DNA of 34,894 bases from Octopus bimaculoides (GCF_001194135.2 NC_068989.1:75038188-75073081); one strand, 5' to 3'. Shown: positions 10,867-22,429, counted from the first letter of the stretch. Translations and numbers: made by a program. The notes: generated by a model not told the origin, from the letters alone.

Positions 10867-11451
10867 TTTCCGGCATTAAAATGTGTCAGCCTTTACAACG
10901 AGGCAAATGTGATGTTAAGTTACATACAAGTATATAAGGGAGGCTACTCTAACTAACAAGGGAAGTAACTCATACTTGTGTCTATTAAATAAGCCGAAAA
11001 TTAACTAAAGTAATTGCCGGTAGAAAACCCTTAATAACAAAATTCAAACATCTTTGTTTTTGTTGTTTTTGTACTCAGTTTTGCTGAGCGACAACTTCAG
11101 CGTGTTTTCATATATAATAATGAAGTTCATTCAAAAGCAGTAAGGAGTGTTTATATAATGAAACTTGGCTTTTTCTGGCTATCTTTTTCTTCTCTAATTA
11201 AACATATAACACAGTCTTTGCATCTCTTTTAATATTTCTTTTTCATCTATAAGAAAAAGAACAAGAACTTGAAAAGTTGCACTGAGGATTTTATGCCGCT
11301 AAAATACACAGTAACTTTCACTTGTACAAAGTAACTGAGTGTGAAGTTCAAGTCTTTCAAAATTGTGATTTAATTGTTACTGTCTCCATTTTCTGGACAG
11401 GATGACAAGGGAAATAACTCCTCTTATTTTGTAACGTTAATCTTATATAGT

Positions 11452-11635
11452 AGAATCGTTTAGCACACCGTGCAGAATGCTTAGCAGCATTTCGTCCGTC
11501 TTTACATTCTGCGTTCAAATTCCGCTGAGATCAACTTCACCTTTCCTGCTTTTGAGATCGATAAAATAAGTACGATAAAATGAGCACTGGGGTCGATGTA
11601 ATCGACTAACTCCTTCCCTTGTACCAAAATTTGAA
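11452..11635 (+). mobile_element. Family C SINE
   Basis: AGAATCGTTTAGCAC...GTTCAAATTCCGC (B-box-like)...CACTGGGGTCGATGTAATCGACT. Confidence 0.8.
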
Positions 11636-12681
11636 ATAAATTTTGTTTATTATCGCAGTTTGTGCGCAATAGCGTCGAAACAATAAGGAAGCCTTCGTGT
11701 TAGTGTTTTTTGTTGCCTTTTTTTAATGTAATTTAAAGCGTTAGATAGTTCATACAGATGCTGAATTGTCTAGAAGTATCAGTTATCCGTGATTTTGAAA
11801 GAGATGACGGGTCACACAATTCTGCTCAGAAGAGAATCAAAACAACAACGCGCTCAATCATTTTCAAATGAACCACCATATTTTTCAGGCATACAAGTCC
11901 AATTTTTCAGACCAAAATTTACAACCAGAAAAAGGAAGATTGATTTTAACACACAGAACACTTCGGAGGATTAAACATTACAGCAAGATCTGGAAACGAC
12001 GATGTTTAAATGTTTACACGACATGTTTAAGCATTCCATATAACCCATCGTAACTTTTTTTTTATTTTGGGGAATTTTCAGACAATGTTTGCGAATTTGT
12101 ATTCACACACGGAACTCATACGATTATGATTTTTTTTTTGGATCTTTATAGTTTGACAGATCCTTTTTTTTAATTCTCCCCCACTACCACTACCTCCATA
12201 AATTCTAAAAGTGTCACCCTTTTTCAATTTCTCTTTTTTAATCATAGTTTAAAATACGGACAGTCAGAATGTTTTGCTTAAATCCCATCAATAGATCACC
12301 CCTGGGTGCATCATGGGAGAAAAATATTGAAAACCATGAATACATATCAAAGTGACAAAGAAACGAGGAAGGTATCAGGTGGTCGACCTATGTGCTAAAA
12401 ACAACCGCTAAATCACCCTTAAATCACAAGTAATTTTTTTATCTTGCATAATCGTATGAATTCCCGCGTGTAGAACACAAATTCGGGAGAATTTTCTAAA
12501 AATTCCAAAACCCTAAAAATTGCTATGCGGGGTTATACGGGGAACTTAAACCAGAATTCCACCCATGTTTACACTATATAATTAAGTCGATTTTAGTGCC
12601 AGAGAATAAGCATTTATTTCCTAAGTCATCTAATATACGTAACGTCCTTTTGAAGTAATCGTTGCTCTTATCCTTAAACAG

Positions 12682-12883
12682 GTCCATCAGCTCTACACCT
12701 AGCGGTTCAGTGTGGGGCTTTTGATGCTGTTGTGTGCCTCGTTTGCAATTTTGCCCAACTCAATGCAATTGATAATAATGGCTGGACACCGATTCACTGT
12801 GCAGCTTTTTACAACCAGGCGTCTATTCTTGAAGTGTTCCTGCGACAGGATAAGGAATTTACCGAAATTCAAACTCAAGATAA
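12682..12883 (+). CDS. ANKAR: ANKAR exon (phase 1 to 2, 202 nt), ankyrin repeats; missed by ORF track
   Basis: aaacAG|gt CCA; donor AA|GTAAGG at 12884. GPSALHLAVQCGAFDAVVCLV...DNNGWTPIHCAAFYNQASIL. Confidence 0.94.
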
Positions 12884-12914
12884 GTAAGGAATTATATGCA
12901 CATAAATCTTCACC

Positions 12915-12920
<6 letters not shown>

Positions 12921-12948
<28 letters not shown>

Positions 12949-13065
12949 GTGCGTATATGTGTATACAACACGTACATATGTACTCACAAAATACATATAT
13001 ATATACTTAAATGTGTGTGTGTATGTATGTATGCATATACACACATAGATGTGTGTGTGTGTGTG

Positions 13066-13133
<68 letters not shown>

Positions 13134-13150
13134 CACACACACACACACAA
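12921..13150. repeat. Compound (GT)n/(TA)n/(CA)n microsatellite
   Basis: Directly visible. Source of several spurious CVCV/THTH ORFs. Confidence 0.95.
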
Positions 13151-13799
13151 TATACATAGATATTCACAGATGTGTGTGTACATATATATCATTGCTATTA
13201 TGTAAAAGTGTCGTGAGTCCAAAACGTTGCTTTTTCAGAAATCGAAAAAATAGTTTCACCATTCCATTTCTTTTTACATTAGCAACAGTTTCAGCTTAAC
13301 AATAATACTCTGTTGGGTGCACAAAATTGTATCTCCATGCATGCATGATATTTTCAGTCAGAAATAGTTTTGCAAAACTGTCGTATGTGGGACTTGCTAC
13401 ACTTTTGAAAAATGCCAAACCATTGTACTACACTTTGACAATTTTCATCTGAAGCAGCTGGAGATGCAATAGTTTGACCAAAAGAACTGGCTAATACAAG
13501 CAAATCAAATATTGAAAAAAACGCATTTGGCCAAATTTGGACATACAACAGTTTAACATAATAGCAACGATATGTACATATGCATTAGTAGCGTGGTTTG
13601 ACGGAGGGCTAGGAGTCTGACCGCCCCAGACGACGCTTTTATAGGAAGGCAATTTTGTGTCTACTGTATAAGTCTGTATAGGCTTATGGGGCCGCGGGAC
13701 AGGAAACTCAAAGGCTGCCCTAGGTGGCACACTCTAGCCACGCTAGAGGGCTTATACCCTTGGTTTCAGGGTGATCCTGGATCTGATAGAGTTCCTTGA

Positions 13800-14058
13800 T
13801 TGAATCTAGATGAAGATTTTCCTGTATGAGGCAGACTGCATCATAGATGTGTTCATATATTTTGTATAGTACGCATACAAGTATCACATTTCCCCCTCTC
13901 CTTTTCTCCTTATCTCTTTTGTAAACTTCTACATTATTTGTAAACTTTCCTTCCAATGTATCGCTTGTCTGATGCACTTATGTCAAGGAGATATGTCGAA
14001 TAGCTGCGATCGTGTGTAGAACGGATCTAGCTATCAGCCTAGTCCATTGTGAAGATCG
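13800..14058 (-). mobile_element. Possible non-LTR retrotransposon APE-endonuclease remnant running into a gap
   Basis: Minus-strand IAAIRHISLT*...VYKRDKEKRRGGNVILV resembles the CR1/L2-type YRRDR..RGGGV.L.V motif. One motif only. Confidence 0.4.
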
Positions 14059-14541
14059 NNNNNNNNNNNNNNNNNNNNNNNNNNNNNNNNNNNNNNNNNN
14101 NNNNNNNNNNNNNNNNNNNNNNNNNNNNNNNNNNNNNNNNNNNNNNNNNNNNNNNNNNNNNNNNNNNNNNNNNNNNNNNNNNNNNNNNNNNNNNNNNNNN
14201 NNNNNNNNNNNNNNNNNNNNNNNNNNNNNNNNNNNNNNNNNNNNNNNNNNNNNNNNNNNNNNNNNNNNNNNNNNNNNNNNNNNNNNNNNNNNNNNNNNNN
14301 NNNNNNNNNNNNNNNNNNNNNNNNNNNNNNNNNNNNNNNNNNNNNNNNNNNNNNNNNNNNNNNNNNNNNNNNNNNNNNNNNNNNNNNNNNNNNNNNNNNN
14401 NNNNNNNNNNNNNNNNNNNNNNNNNNNNNNNNNNNNNNNNNNNNNNNNNNNNNNNNNNGTAAATTTCCACTGTCCTTTGTCTTTGCTTTGTCCTAAATGT
14501 TTTTGAGACCCTTGTGGCCAATAAAGAAACAAATATTATTA

Positions 14542-15527
14542 TTAGGTTGTCCGGAAAGTCTGAGCGTTTTTTTAATGTGCAAAAAAGGGATATAAATAAT
14601 TGACCTTTCAATAAATTTTATTCAATGAAATAATTTCCATGACCTTTGCCCATCTATCAGGCAATTTAAATATTCCATCAGAATAAAATTTGACTGGTTT
14701 TTTTTTTTTTTTTAATGTTATCTAGATGCATTTAGACTCCATCTAAGTCGTTAAATGTTTTTCCTTGCAATGAGTTCTGTAGAGACAAAAACAAGTGGTA
14801 TTCGGATGGTGCAATATCAGGAGAATGTGGTGGATGGAGTAAGGGATCCCAGCCAAGTTCATGTAACTTTGTTCGTGTAGCCAAAGACACATGTGGTCGG
14901 GCATTTTCTTGTTGGAACACTGCCCCTTTCCTGATGGCAATCTCCCGCCTCAATTCTTTGATCTTTTGGTTCAAATTAGCCACCTGACAACAGTTCACAT
15001 CAGAATTAATGGGCTGGTTTTGTGGGGGAAAGTTCATAATAAATAATGCTTTTATAATCCCACCAAACACAAAGCATAGCTTTTTTTAGCATGAATATTC
15101 GTCTTTGTTTGCTGTTTTGGGGGATTCTTCCGCAAACTCCAGGATCTTTTTCGCACCGTTTTCGTACACAATCCATTTTTCATCTCCAGTCACAAGTTGT
15201 TTCAAAAATGATATGCGTTCATTCCGTTTCAAAAGCATCATCCCCGTAAACTTCACAAATGTTTTTTGTAAGTCTTTACAGCATTCTCTCCTTTTTAAAA
15301 AACAAAGAAAAGCATTGCAATGCGAATATGACATTTTTGGTTCTCCATTTCAAATGTCAATAAAGGGTAACCGGAACGAAAGATAAATCTACTTTTAGTC
15401 AAGAACAAAGAGATGAACTACCACTTCAAGCAACACCAAAATTTTAACTGTGTTACGTTTAAGATGTGTTCAATGAAGCATTAAAAGATTTAGCTTAAAA
15501 ACGCTCAGAACTTTCCGGACAACTTCT
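14542..15527 (-). mobile_element. Internally deleted mariner (DD34D-type) transposon
   Basis: TIRs TTAGGTTGTCCGGAAAGTCTGAGCGTTTT (14542) and AAAACGCTCAGAACTTTCCGGACAAC (15498-15523), with TA at 14540-14541. Motifs LVTGDEKWIVYEN, FQQENARPH and HPPHSPDIAPSEYHLF, broken by frameshifts and stops. Confidence 0.92.
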
Positions 15528-15530
15528 TTT

Positions 15531-15580
15531 ATTATTATCATCATCATCATTATCATTATCATCATCATCTTCTTCATCAC
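15531..15580. repeat. (ATT)/(ATC)n microsatellite just upstream of an exon acceptor
   Basis: Directly visible. Confidence 0.9.
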
Positions 15581-15604
15581 CATTTTGTACTTCATATTCA
15601 ACAG

Positions 15605-15813
15605 CCTAAAGTCTACCCCTCTCTTATTGGCGGCCACTTCCGGATGTCTGCCAACTATCACAACCTTACTGGGATACAATGCCGATGTTACTGGCTGCAA
15701 CCTTCGAGGCCACAACGTGATTCACACCGCTGTTATACATGGACATACTCGTATTGTTCAGTACTTCATCCAATTGGATATGAAGCTCTTACCCGTCTGG
15801 AATATACTTGTAG
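15605..15813 (+). CDS. ANKAR: ANKAR exon (phase 2 to 1, 209 nt), ankyrin repeats
   Basis: caacAG|c CTA; donor G|GTCAGT at 15814. STPLLLAATSGCLPTITTLL...GHNVIHTAVIHGH...LPVWNILV. Confidence 0.94.
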
Positions 15814-16004
15814 GTCAGTATCAAAAGGAAAGAAAACAAAAATCTTACATTAATATTTAACAGTTACTGTCATTAATTGTGCCAATAGCATCTGCAGCAC
15901 CAGCACCAGCGGCGGCAGCGGCGGCGGTAGTAGTAGTAGTAGTAGTAGTAGATCTTTTATTCTTTTCAGTTATTTGACTGCGACCATGCTGGAGCACCGC
16001 ATAA

Positions 16005-17326
16005 AATGAAAAGTCTAACTCGGCGAAATTTGAACTCAGAACGTAAAGACGGATAAAATGCCGCTAAGCATTTTGCCCAGCGTGCTGACGATTCTGTCAG
16101 CTTGCTGCCTTAGTGCAAATTATTAATAATAATTTCTGATTTAGGCACATGGTCAAAAATTTTGAGAAGGGATAAGTTGATACCATCATCTCAAGTACGT
16201 GTCTGGTACTTTATTCATCAACCCTAAAAGGATGAAAGCATAGTTGAGCAAAGCTTTCTACCGTAACGGTAATTGTCGTGATGATATATGTTGGAGTCAG
16301 CAGTTACCAATTGTAACGAATGCTGATGTTGTAGATGTGCAAGATGAAAGAACGGTGATCGAAGTTGTAAACAAACATTTATTTACCGTTACTTTGTATA
16401 TAACCAAAGCACGACGGGCTGGTATGATATAATTGGAAAAGCATGTGAGGTAAAGAAAGTTAATTTTGGCCTGTATATGTGTGTGCATGATCTCATAGTA
16501 GTAAATAGAGAGAGATATGGTAATGTTGCAGAGAAATGAAAGTGAGCTAGTGAAAGTGAGAGTGGTGGGACGAAACAACTGCTTCGTTGTTGAGTGACCA
16601 TAGTTGTCTCTCTGTACCTTTTCATTCAGAGACGGCGTTTCGTTCAGTCTGTCAGCCAGTTCTCGCTAATTGATTTTGACTTACGGAGTTCTTGTATCTA
16701 TAACTATACAAAACTAGTCAGAAAGAATATCTGTTGTTGCTGTGAGCAACAGATATTCTTTGCGGGCATCTGTTATCTCAATTCTAACTTTTCATGGACT
16801 AGAAGAGGTTGGAAGGGTTCAATAGCAAAGATATAAATCGGTTTAGCAAAGCCATGTCTTAAATGTAACTTGCTGTCACTATTGTTTTTCTGTGAGAAAA
16901 GTGCTGTTGAAATATTATAGGGAATTTGCCGATTCAGGTTGGAATCTACTCTATGCCTAAATGAAATCACTACACTACTATAACATCCTTTTGTACTATA
17001 GGCACAAAGCCTGAAATTTGGTGGGAGGGACCAAATCGATTACATTGACCCCAATGCTCAACTGGTATTTATTTTATCAACCCGAAAGGCAAGCTCAACC
17101 TCGGCAGTATTTGAACTCAGAATGTAATGGTGGACGAATTGCTGCTCAGGATTTTGTCCCGGTTGCTAACGACTCAGCCAGCTCGTCGCCTCTTACTGCC
17201 TCAATAATAATTCTTTGCGATATTTCGCATAAGCTTTGAGGAGAGGGAGAAAGTCGATTACATTGACCCTAGTATTTAAGTACTTGACTGGTACTTATCA
17301 ACCCCAGAAGAATGAAAGGCAAGGTC
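16005..17326 (-). mobile_element. Four family C SINE pieces (16005-16111, 16127-16252, 16986-17192, 17204-17326)
   Basis: Each matches the family C motifs GAATTTGAACTCAGAA, CCCGAAAGG or GGCACAAG. All have the same orientation, and unique sequence lies between the pairs. Confidence 0.75.
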
Positions 17327-17430
17327 TCCTACATTTTGTTTACTCATTCATGTTTTTCTTTCGATTTTGACCGAGGTGAAGAACAGATATAGTGTTTCTT
17401 GAAAATAACATCTTGCTTTGAATTCTTCAG

Positions 17431-17535
17431 ATATGCTTAAGTTTGAAGACATCCTAGCGCAAGAAAGTGCCGTTCGCTGCATGGAGGAACTTATTTTAAC
17501 AAATTCAGAATGTTGGATAAACATTTACAATTCAG
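17431..17535 (+). CDS. ANKAR: ANKAR exon (phase 1 to 1, 105 nt)
   Basis: ttcttcAG|at ATG; donor G|GTATTT at 17536. DMLKFEDILAQESAVRCMEELILTNSECWINIYNS aligns with human EMLQCES..MMAVMSLEVICLANDQYWRCILDAG. Confidence 0.85.
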
Positions 17536-18244
17536 GTATTTAATTCCATCTACCTTAATAGGTTTTATTTAAACTAAATGCACAAGGTTCTGTATTAACA
17601 ACTTTATGAATCAATCATTTATGAAGTACTAAAATCATCAAATTCAGATAGGTAAGTCTATTTAGCTAAATAGATTTTACCTAAACTAAATTCATACGCT
17701 TGATTCTGTAATGATAGTTTGTGAGCTAATCACTTATGAAGCACGAAAATCACACTAAAATCGCTAAATTCAGATTGGTAAACCCATTTACCTTCTTTTG
17801 AATGTTCTCTAATTTTTGGCTGTAGGTGTGCACAGAAATTTGCTTGTGTGCAAATTTTGTCTGTCTTTACAAAGCATCTGTGCATCTATGAGAGTAACCG
17901 TCTTCAATTTAAAATATTAGATTTCATCTTGAAAACCTTGTATGTACACATTTGTTCTTCCTTTGTTCGTTTATTGTAAAACATATGTGCACATGAACAT
18001 GTACGCAGCTTAGAGTGAACATTAGCGTAAGAGGTTTTATTTAAACTAAACACATTTAGTCCTATCTTAACAGCTTCAGAGCTAATCATTTATGAAAAAG
18101 TTCATTTCTGAATCACTCTGATCTATCCTTGGTTTCTACAGCAATATATAGGTAAAGTACGTTCAGCTCCGACAGATAATCTGCCTCACCCACGCTGAAA
18201 GCTAATTCCAAAATACTGCCGCTGCCAAATTACATATTACTTTC

Positions 18245-18615
18245 ACCCGTGGCTCAGTGGTTAGGGTATTCAGCTTACATTTGTAGGATCGTGAGTTCGA
18301 TTCCTGGTGCACACCATGATTACAGATGATAGCAGTTGTTCACTGACTGAACAGATTGATCCTGGCCATTGACAGTTCGTTGTCAGTTCATCCACTCGGC
18401 ATCTAATGATATTCGCCATTGACTCAATAAGTTCGTTTGCCGAAATAGTTCGCATCCACAACGCTGCATCCCAAGATTTCAACATACCCTGGCTTGGGTG
18501 GTCACATGCTATTTAACCCATACTTGGGACGCTTACAGATGCTCTTACTCTGGGTTAGAGTAGATCTGGGAGCAATAGTGGTTAACAGGTGATTCCACAT
18601 TCCTCAGAACCCAGG
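18245..18615 (+). mobile_element. tRNA-headed SINE-like element
   Basis: A box TGGCTCAGTGG (18250), B box GAGTTCGATTCC (18293), no closing acceptor stem. 3' extent is approximate. Confidence 0.55.
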
Positions 18616-18742
18616 ATAAATTGAACCAGGGTTTCATTTTTAAATACAAAGATATATTGTTATCAAGGCATATTTAACATACAGATCATGCAATATCTAT
18701 ATAAGTAAATGGATAATATTTTTTGTTTAATTCTACATCAAG

Positions 18743-19159
18743 ATGGAGTAACTGCTCTGGCAAACCTTTTCGATTCAACGAGCAAAGGAGTGGTGGCACT
18801 AACTTCGTCAGTACTTTGTAACATGACCGAAAATGTAGAAGTTCAGAAGCTGCTGACAGACATGAATCTTGGTCCGAGTCTTGTACATTTGCTGTTGTCT
18901 CCTGTCGGTGACATACAAGCACGGATCTCAATCATTATATCAGACCTAGCGTCAAACATCGAATCAAATCAGAAGATATTTGCAAGACAAGGCGTCATTC
19001 CTGCGCTTATCCAACTTCTGGATTCCGATATGGAAGATGTCCTGCTGAATGCAATCAACGCTATACGAGTAATGTGTCTGAGCAGTCCTAGCAACCAAAC
19101 TGAAGTTACCAAGTGTAATGGTGTAGAACCACTCGTAGACCTTTTGAGTATCAACTCAG
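18743..19159 (+). CDS. ANKAR: ANKAR exon (phase 1 to 1, 417 nt), armadillo repeats
   Basis: AAG acceptor at 18740-18742; donor G|GTGAGT at 19160. GVIPALIQLLDSDMEDVLLNAINAIRVMC...NGVEPLVDLL are ARM repeats. Confidence 0.9.
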
Positions 19160-19251
19160 GTGAGTTTAGTTTATTATACGTAGTTTTTAACATAATCTAC
19201 AAGAAAAGATGGTGGAGAAAATGTAATGTTCATGCTTTTCCCGCAGATATT

Positions 19252-19682
19252 CTTTTCTACTCTGGGCACAAGGCTCGAAATTTTGGAGGAGGGGGCCAGT
19301 CGATTAGATCGACCCCAGTACGCAACTGGTACTTAATTTATCGACTCCGAAAGGATGAAAGGGAAAGTCGACTTCGGCGGAATTTGAACTCAGAACGTAA
19401 AGACAGACGAAACACCGCTAAGCATTTCGCCCGGCGTGCTAACGTTTCTTATTTCTTTATTGCCCACAAGGGGCTAAACATAGAGGGGACAAACAAGGAC
19501 AGACAAAGGGATTAAGTTGATTATATCGACCCCAGTGCGTAACTGGTACTTAATTTATTGACCCCGAAAGGATGAAAGGCAAAGTCGACTTCGGCGGAAT
19601 TTGAACTCAGAACTTAAAGACAGACGAAATACCGCTAAGCATTTCGCTCGGTGTGCTAACGTTTCTGCCAGCTCGCCGCCTT
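19252..19682 (-). mobile_element. Dimeric family C SINE inside a 16-bp target-site duplication
   Basis: TTTTCCCGCAGATATT at 19236-19251 and 19683-19698. Two near-identical bodies with different tails. The minus-strand head has TGGCAGAAACG and GAGTTCAAATTCC boxes. Confidence 0.9.
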
Positions 19683-19896
19683 TTTTCCCGCAGATATTAA
19701 CAACGGAAATGACGAGGCCTGAAGTGAAATAGTTACAAATAGCTAAGATGATATGTGATAATGTGAAGTAAATTTGATTGCTATTCATTACAGTTCGAAC
19801 TGCTGAGTAGGGGCTTTACCTTTGACTCACATAATTATTTTTGTTGTACTTATTGTTTTATTTTGTTTTTGTTTCTTTTTTCTTCCTTCATTTCAG

Positions 19897-19996
19897 ACAA
19901 TAATTTTCTTGAATCTGCCGCTGCGGCTACGTTAGCAGCAATTACATTGGGTCATTTTGAGAATCAAAACTTCATTGTTGCGGCCGGTGCAGCGGA
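19897..19996 (+). CDS. ANKAR: ANKAR exon (phase 1 to 2, 100 nt), armadillo
   Basis: Long pyrimidine tract, tttcAG|ac; donor GA|GTAAGT at 19997. DNNFLESAAAATLAAITLGHFENQNFIVAAGAAE. Confidence 0.9.
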
Positions 19997-20211
19997 GTAA
20001 GTAGACTCAAATATTCTCCATTATGCTCTTAACAGTCGTTTCTGAACAGCATGTGGGGGGAGGGGTGAAGCTTTGCTTCCCAACCATGTTGTTTCAGGTT
20101 CAATCCCACTGTGTGACATGGCATCTTCGGCGGTGGTGGTGTTGTTGTTGCTGTTGTTCTGGCTGTATTTTCATTTAATTCACATATTAAATACTCTTTA
20201 AAAATTAACAG

Positions 20212-20359
20212 ACCACTGGTGAATCTTACTCGAAGTCGGAATGTCATGCTACAAGTGAAAGGAGCCAGGGCAATCGAAGCTCTTACCGAAAAGAACCCAA
20301 ATAACCAAAGTGTGTTTCTTAAACTGGGTGCAGCAGAAGCCCTTGTTCAACTTCTTAAG
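20212..20359 (+). CDS. ANKAR: ANKAR exon (phase 2 to 0, 148 nt), armadillo
   Basis: aacAG|a CCA; donor AAG|GTGAAT at 20360. PLVNLTRSRNVMLQVKGARAIEAL...LVQLLK matches human PLVALFKGKQISVQMKGAMAVESL. Confidence 0.92.
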
Positions 20360-20446
20360 GTGAATTTCAATAAACCTGTTTCCCTCTTTTCTAGAAATTT
20401 TTCATTTTCTTTATATCTTAACTTTAACGTTTTACCTATAATTAAT

Positions 20447-21757
20447 GCGATGAGCCGGCAGAATCGTTAGACCATCAAACGAAATGTCTTGCAGTATTTG
20501 TTCTAGCTCTTTACATTCTGAGACAAATTCCCACCAAAATCCACTTTTCTGTTTATTCCTCAATAAAATAAGGTACAAGTCAGGTACTGGAGTTGATAGT
20601 ATTGATTAACTCACTTCCCCTCAAAATTGCTGGCTTTGTGCCTAAATCAGGGCTTAATTTATTGAACTTAGATTGATTACTGTCAATGTGGACCATATTA
20701 TCTACACTGCCATAATGTCTAATTCTCTGTCCTCGGAGTCTTTTTCCAGTCTGTTAATGGTGCAATTGTGTTAATTTTTTTTCTTTTTTCATTTTGGTGG
20801 GGAGGATGTTTTGTAGTATTGCTTCTGGCTGTTTATGCTCAGAGTTCAAATCATACCTTTGCTTTCATCTACTCAAGGGTCAATAAAATAAAGTACCAGT
20901 CAAGAACTAGGGTCACAGGTCTCAAATAGTCCCCCACCACCAAAAAATTGCTAGCCTTGTGCCTAATCAGAAACCATTATTTAGCTCCACGAAAGTCAGT
21001 GAGCTGGTAGAATCATTAGCATGCTGGGCAAGATTCTTAGAGACGTTTCTTCCATCTTAACATTCTGAATTCAAATGCTGTCAAGGTTGACTTTGCCTTT
21101 TATCTTTTTGATGAAATAAATGAAATAAATACTAGTTGAGCACTGGGGTCAATGTAATCAACCAGCCCCTCCCTCAAAATTTCAAACCTTGTACCTATAG
21201 TAGAAAGAATTATTTAACTCAATATTAAAAACTGAGTTAGTAAACATATGCCAAAAGGCACTGCAGTTTTGAGAACTACAGAATCTAACGTTCTGATGCA
21301 AGCATGGACAACGTCTGTTTGAGGAGCTTGCCACATGAGGCACACAACTAGAAAAAATTCAAAGTAATATTTCATTAAGCATGCCATTCAGAAAGTCCAA
21401 CAGACTGCAAGCCTAAGGTTCACGTTTTGTTATTTAAGACAATAAGGTGTGAAATGAGAAAGATCTAACTGCTATTTCTAGCACTTGATCAACTGTCTAC
21501 TATCTAGAAGCTTTCTTTTACTTATTTCTTTAAGTATCTCAAAAGCTGCAAGCTGGCAGAACCATTAGCATGCCATGCAAAATCTTTGCGGTATTTCATC
21601 TGCGTTTACATTCAGAGTTCACATTCCACCAAGGTCAACTTTGCTTTCATCTTTACAGGGTTGATAAAAGAAGTACCAGTTGAGCATTGGGGGTCGATGT
21701 TCTTGACTTAACCTCCTCCAAAATTGCGGGCCTTGTGCTGAAATTTAAAACCATTTC
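20447..21757 (+). mobile_element. Cluster of four diverged family C SINEs (about 20447-20650, 20810-20981, 20997-21214, 21542-21757)
   Basis: Each carries (C)TGGCAGAATC.TTAG and/or GAGTTCAAAT and ends in CCTTGTGCC. Confidence 0.8.
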
Positions 21758-21777
21758 TCAAAGAATTTTAAACTTCA

Positions 21778-21923
21778 TGTGATAAGTAGCTTGCTTACCA
21801 ACCACATGGTTCTGGGTTCAGTCCCACTACGTGGCACCTTAGGCAAGTGTCTTCTACTATAGCCTCGGGCCAACCAAAGCCTTGTGAGTGGATTTGGTAG
21901 ATGGAAACTGAAAGAAGCCCATC

Positions 21924-21999
<76 letters not shown>

Positions 22000-22224
22000 A
22001 TGTGTGTGTATATGTTGTATATCTGTGTTTGTCCCCCCAACATCACTTGACAACCGATGCTGGTGTGTTTAGGTCCCCATAACTTAGCGGTTTGGCAAAA
22101 GAGACCGATAGAATAAGTACTAGGCTTCCAAAGAATAAGTCCTGGGGTCGATTTGATTCGACTAAAGGCGGTGCTCCAGTATGGCCGCAGTCAAATGACT
22201 GAAACAAATAAAAGAATAAAAGAA
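21778..22224 (+). mobile_element. Family A SINE, near full length, long central (TA)n
   Basis: Highly similar to the 2978 copy and to the reverse complement of the 27854 and 29435 copies. Confidence 0.9.
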
Positions 22225-22429
22225 TTACTCTCACTGATATAAAGTTAAAGATATTTAGAGGAATGAAGATGGAGATTTTTAAAAGTCATGTTTTTCACAG
22301 AAATGTCATTCCAATTGGAAATTTCAATCAGGTTGCAGAAAGGGCTCACTATGACAGTAATTAAAACCATCGACCATGTTTCATTTGTTCCAAGAAAAAT
22401 TTTAAATCTCATTTTCTTTTTCTGCTTAG

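Noticed and set aside
12712-13299. 195-aa + ORF and overlapping CVCV/THTH ORFs
   Set aside because: Off-frame read of a real exon followed by dinucleotide microsatellite.
18245-18312. tRNA gene
   Set aside because: A and B boxes are present but there is no paired acceptor stem or terminator; treated as a SINE head, like the heads at 5087, 30718 and 2978.
19160-19515. C-terminal half of the 268-aa ORF
   Set aside because: Read-through past the GTGAGT donor into a family C SINE.
20447-21757. CRISPR-like or satellite array
   Set aside because: Units are about 200-bp diverged SINE copies with irregular spacing, in a eukaryotic intron, with no cas-like ORFs.
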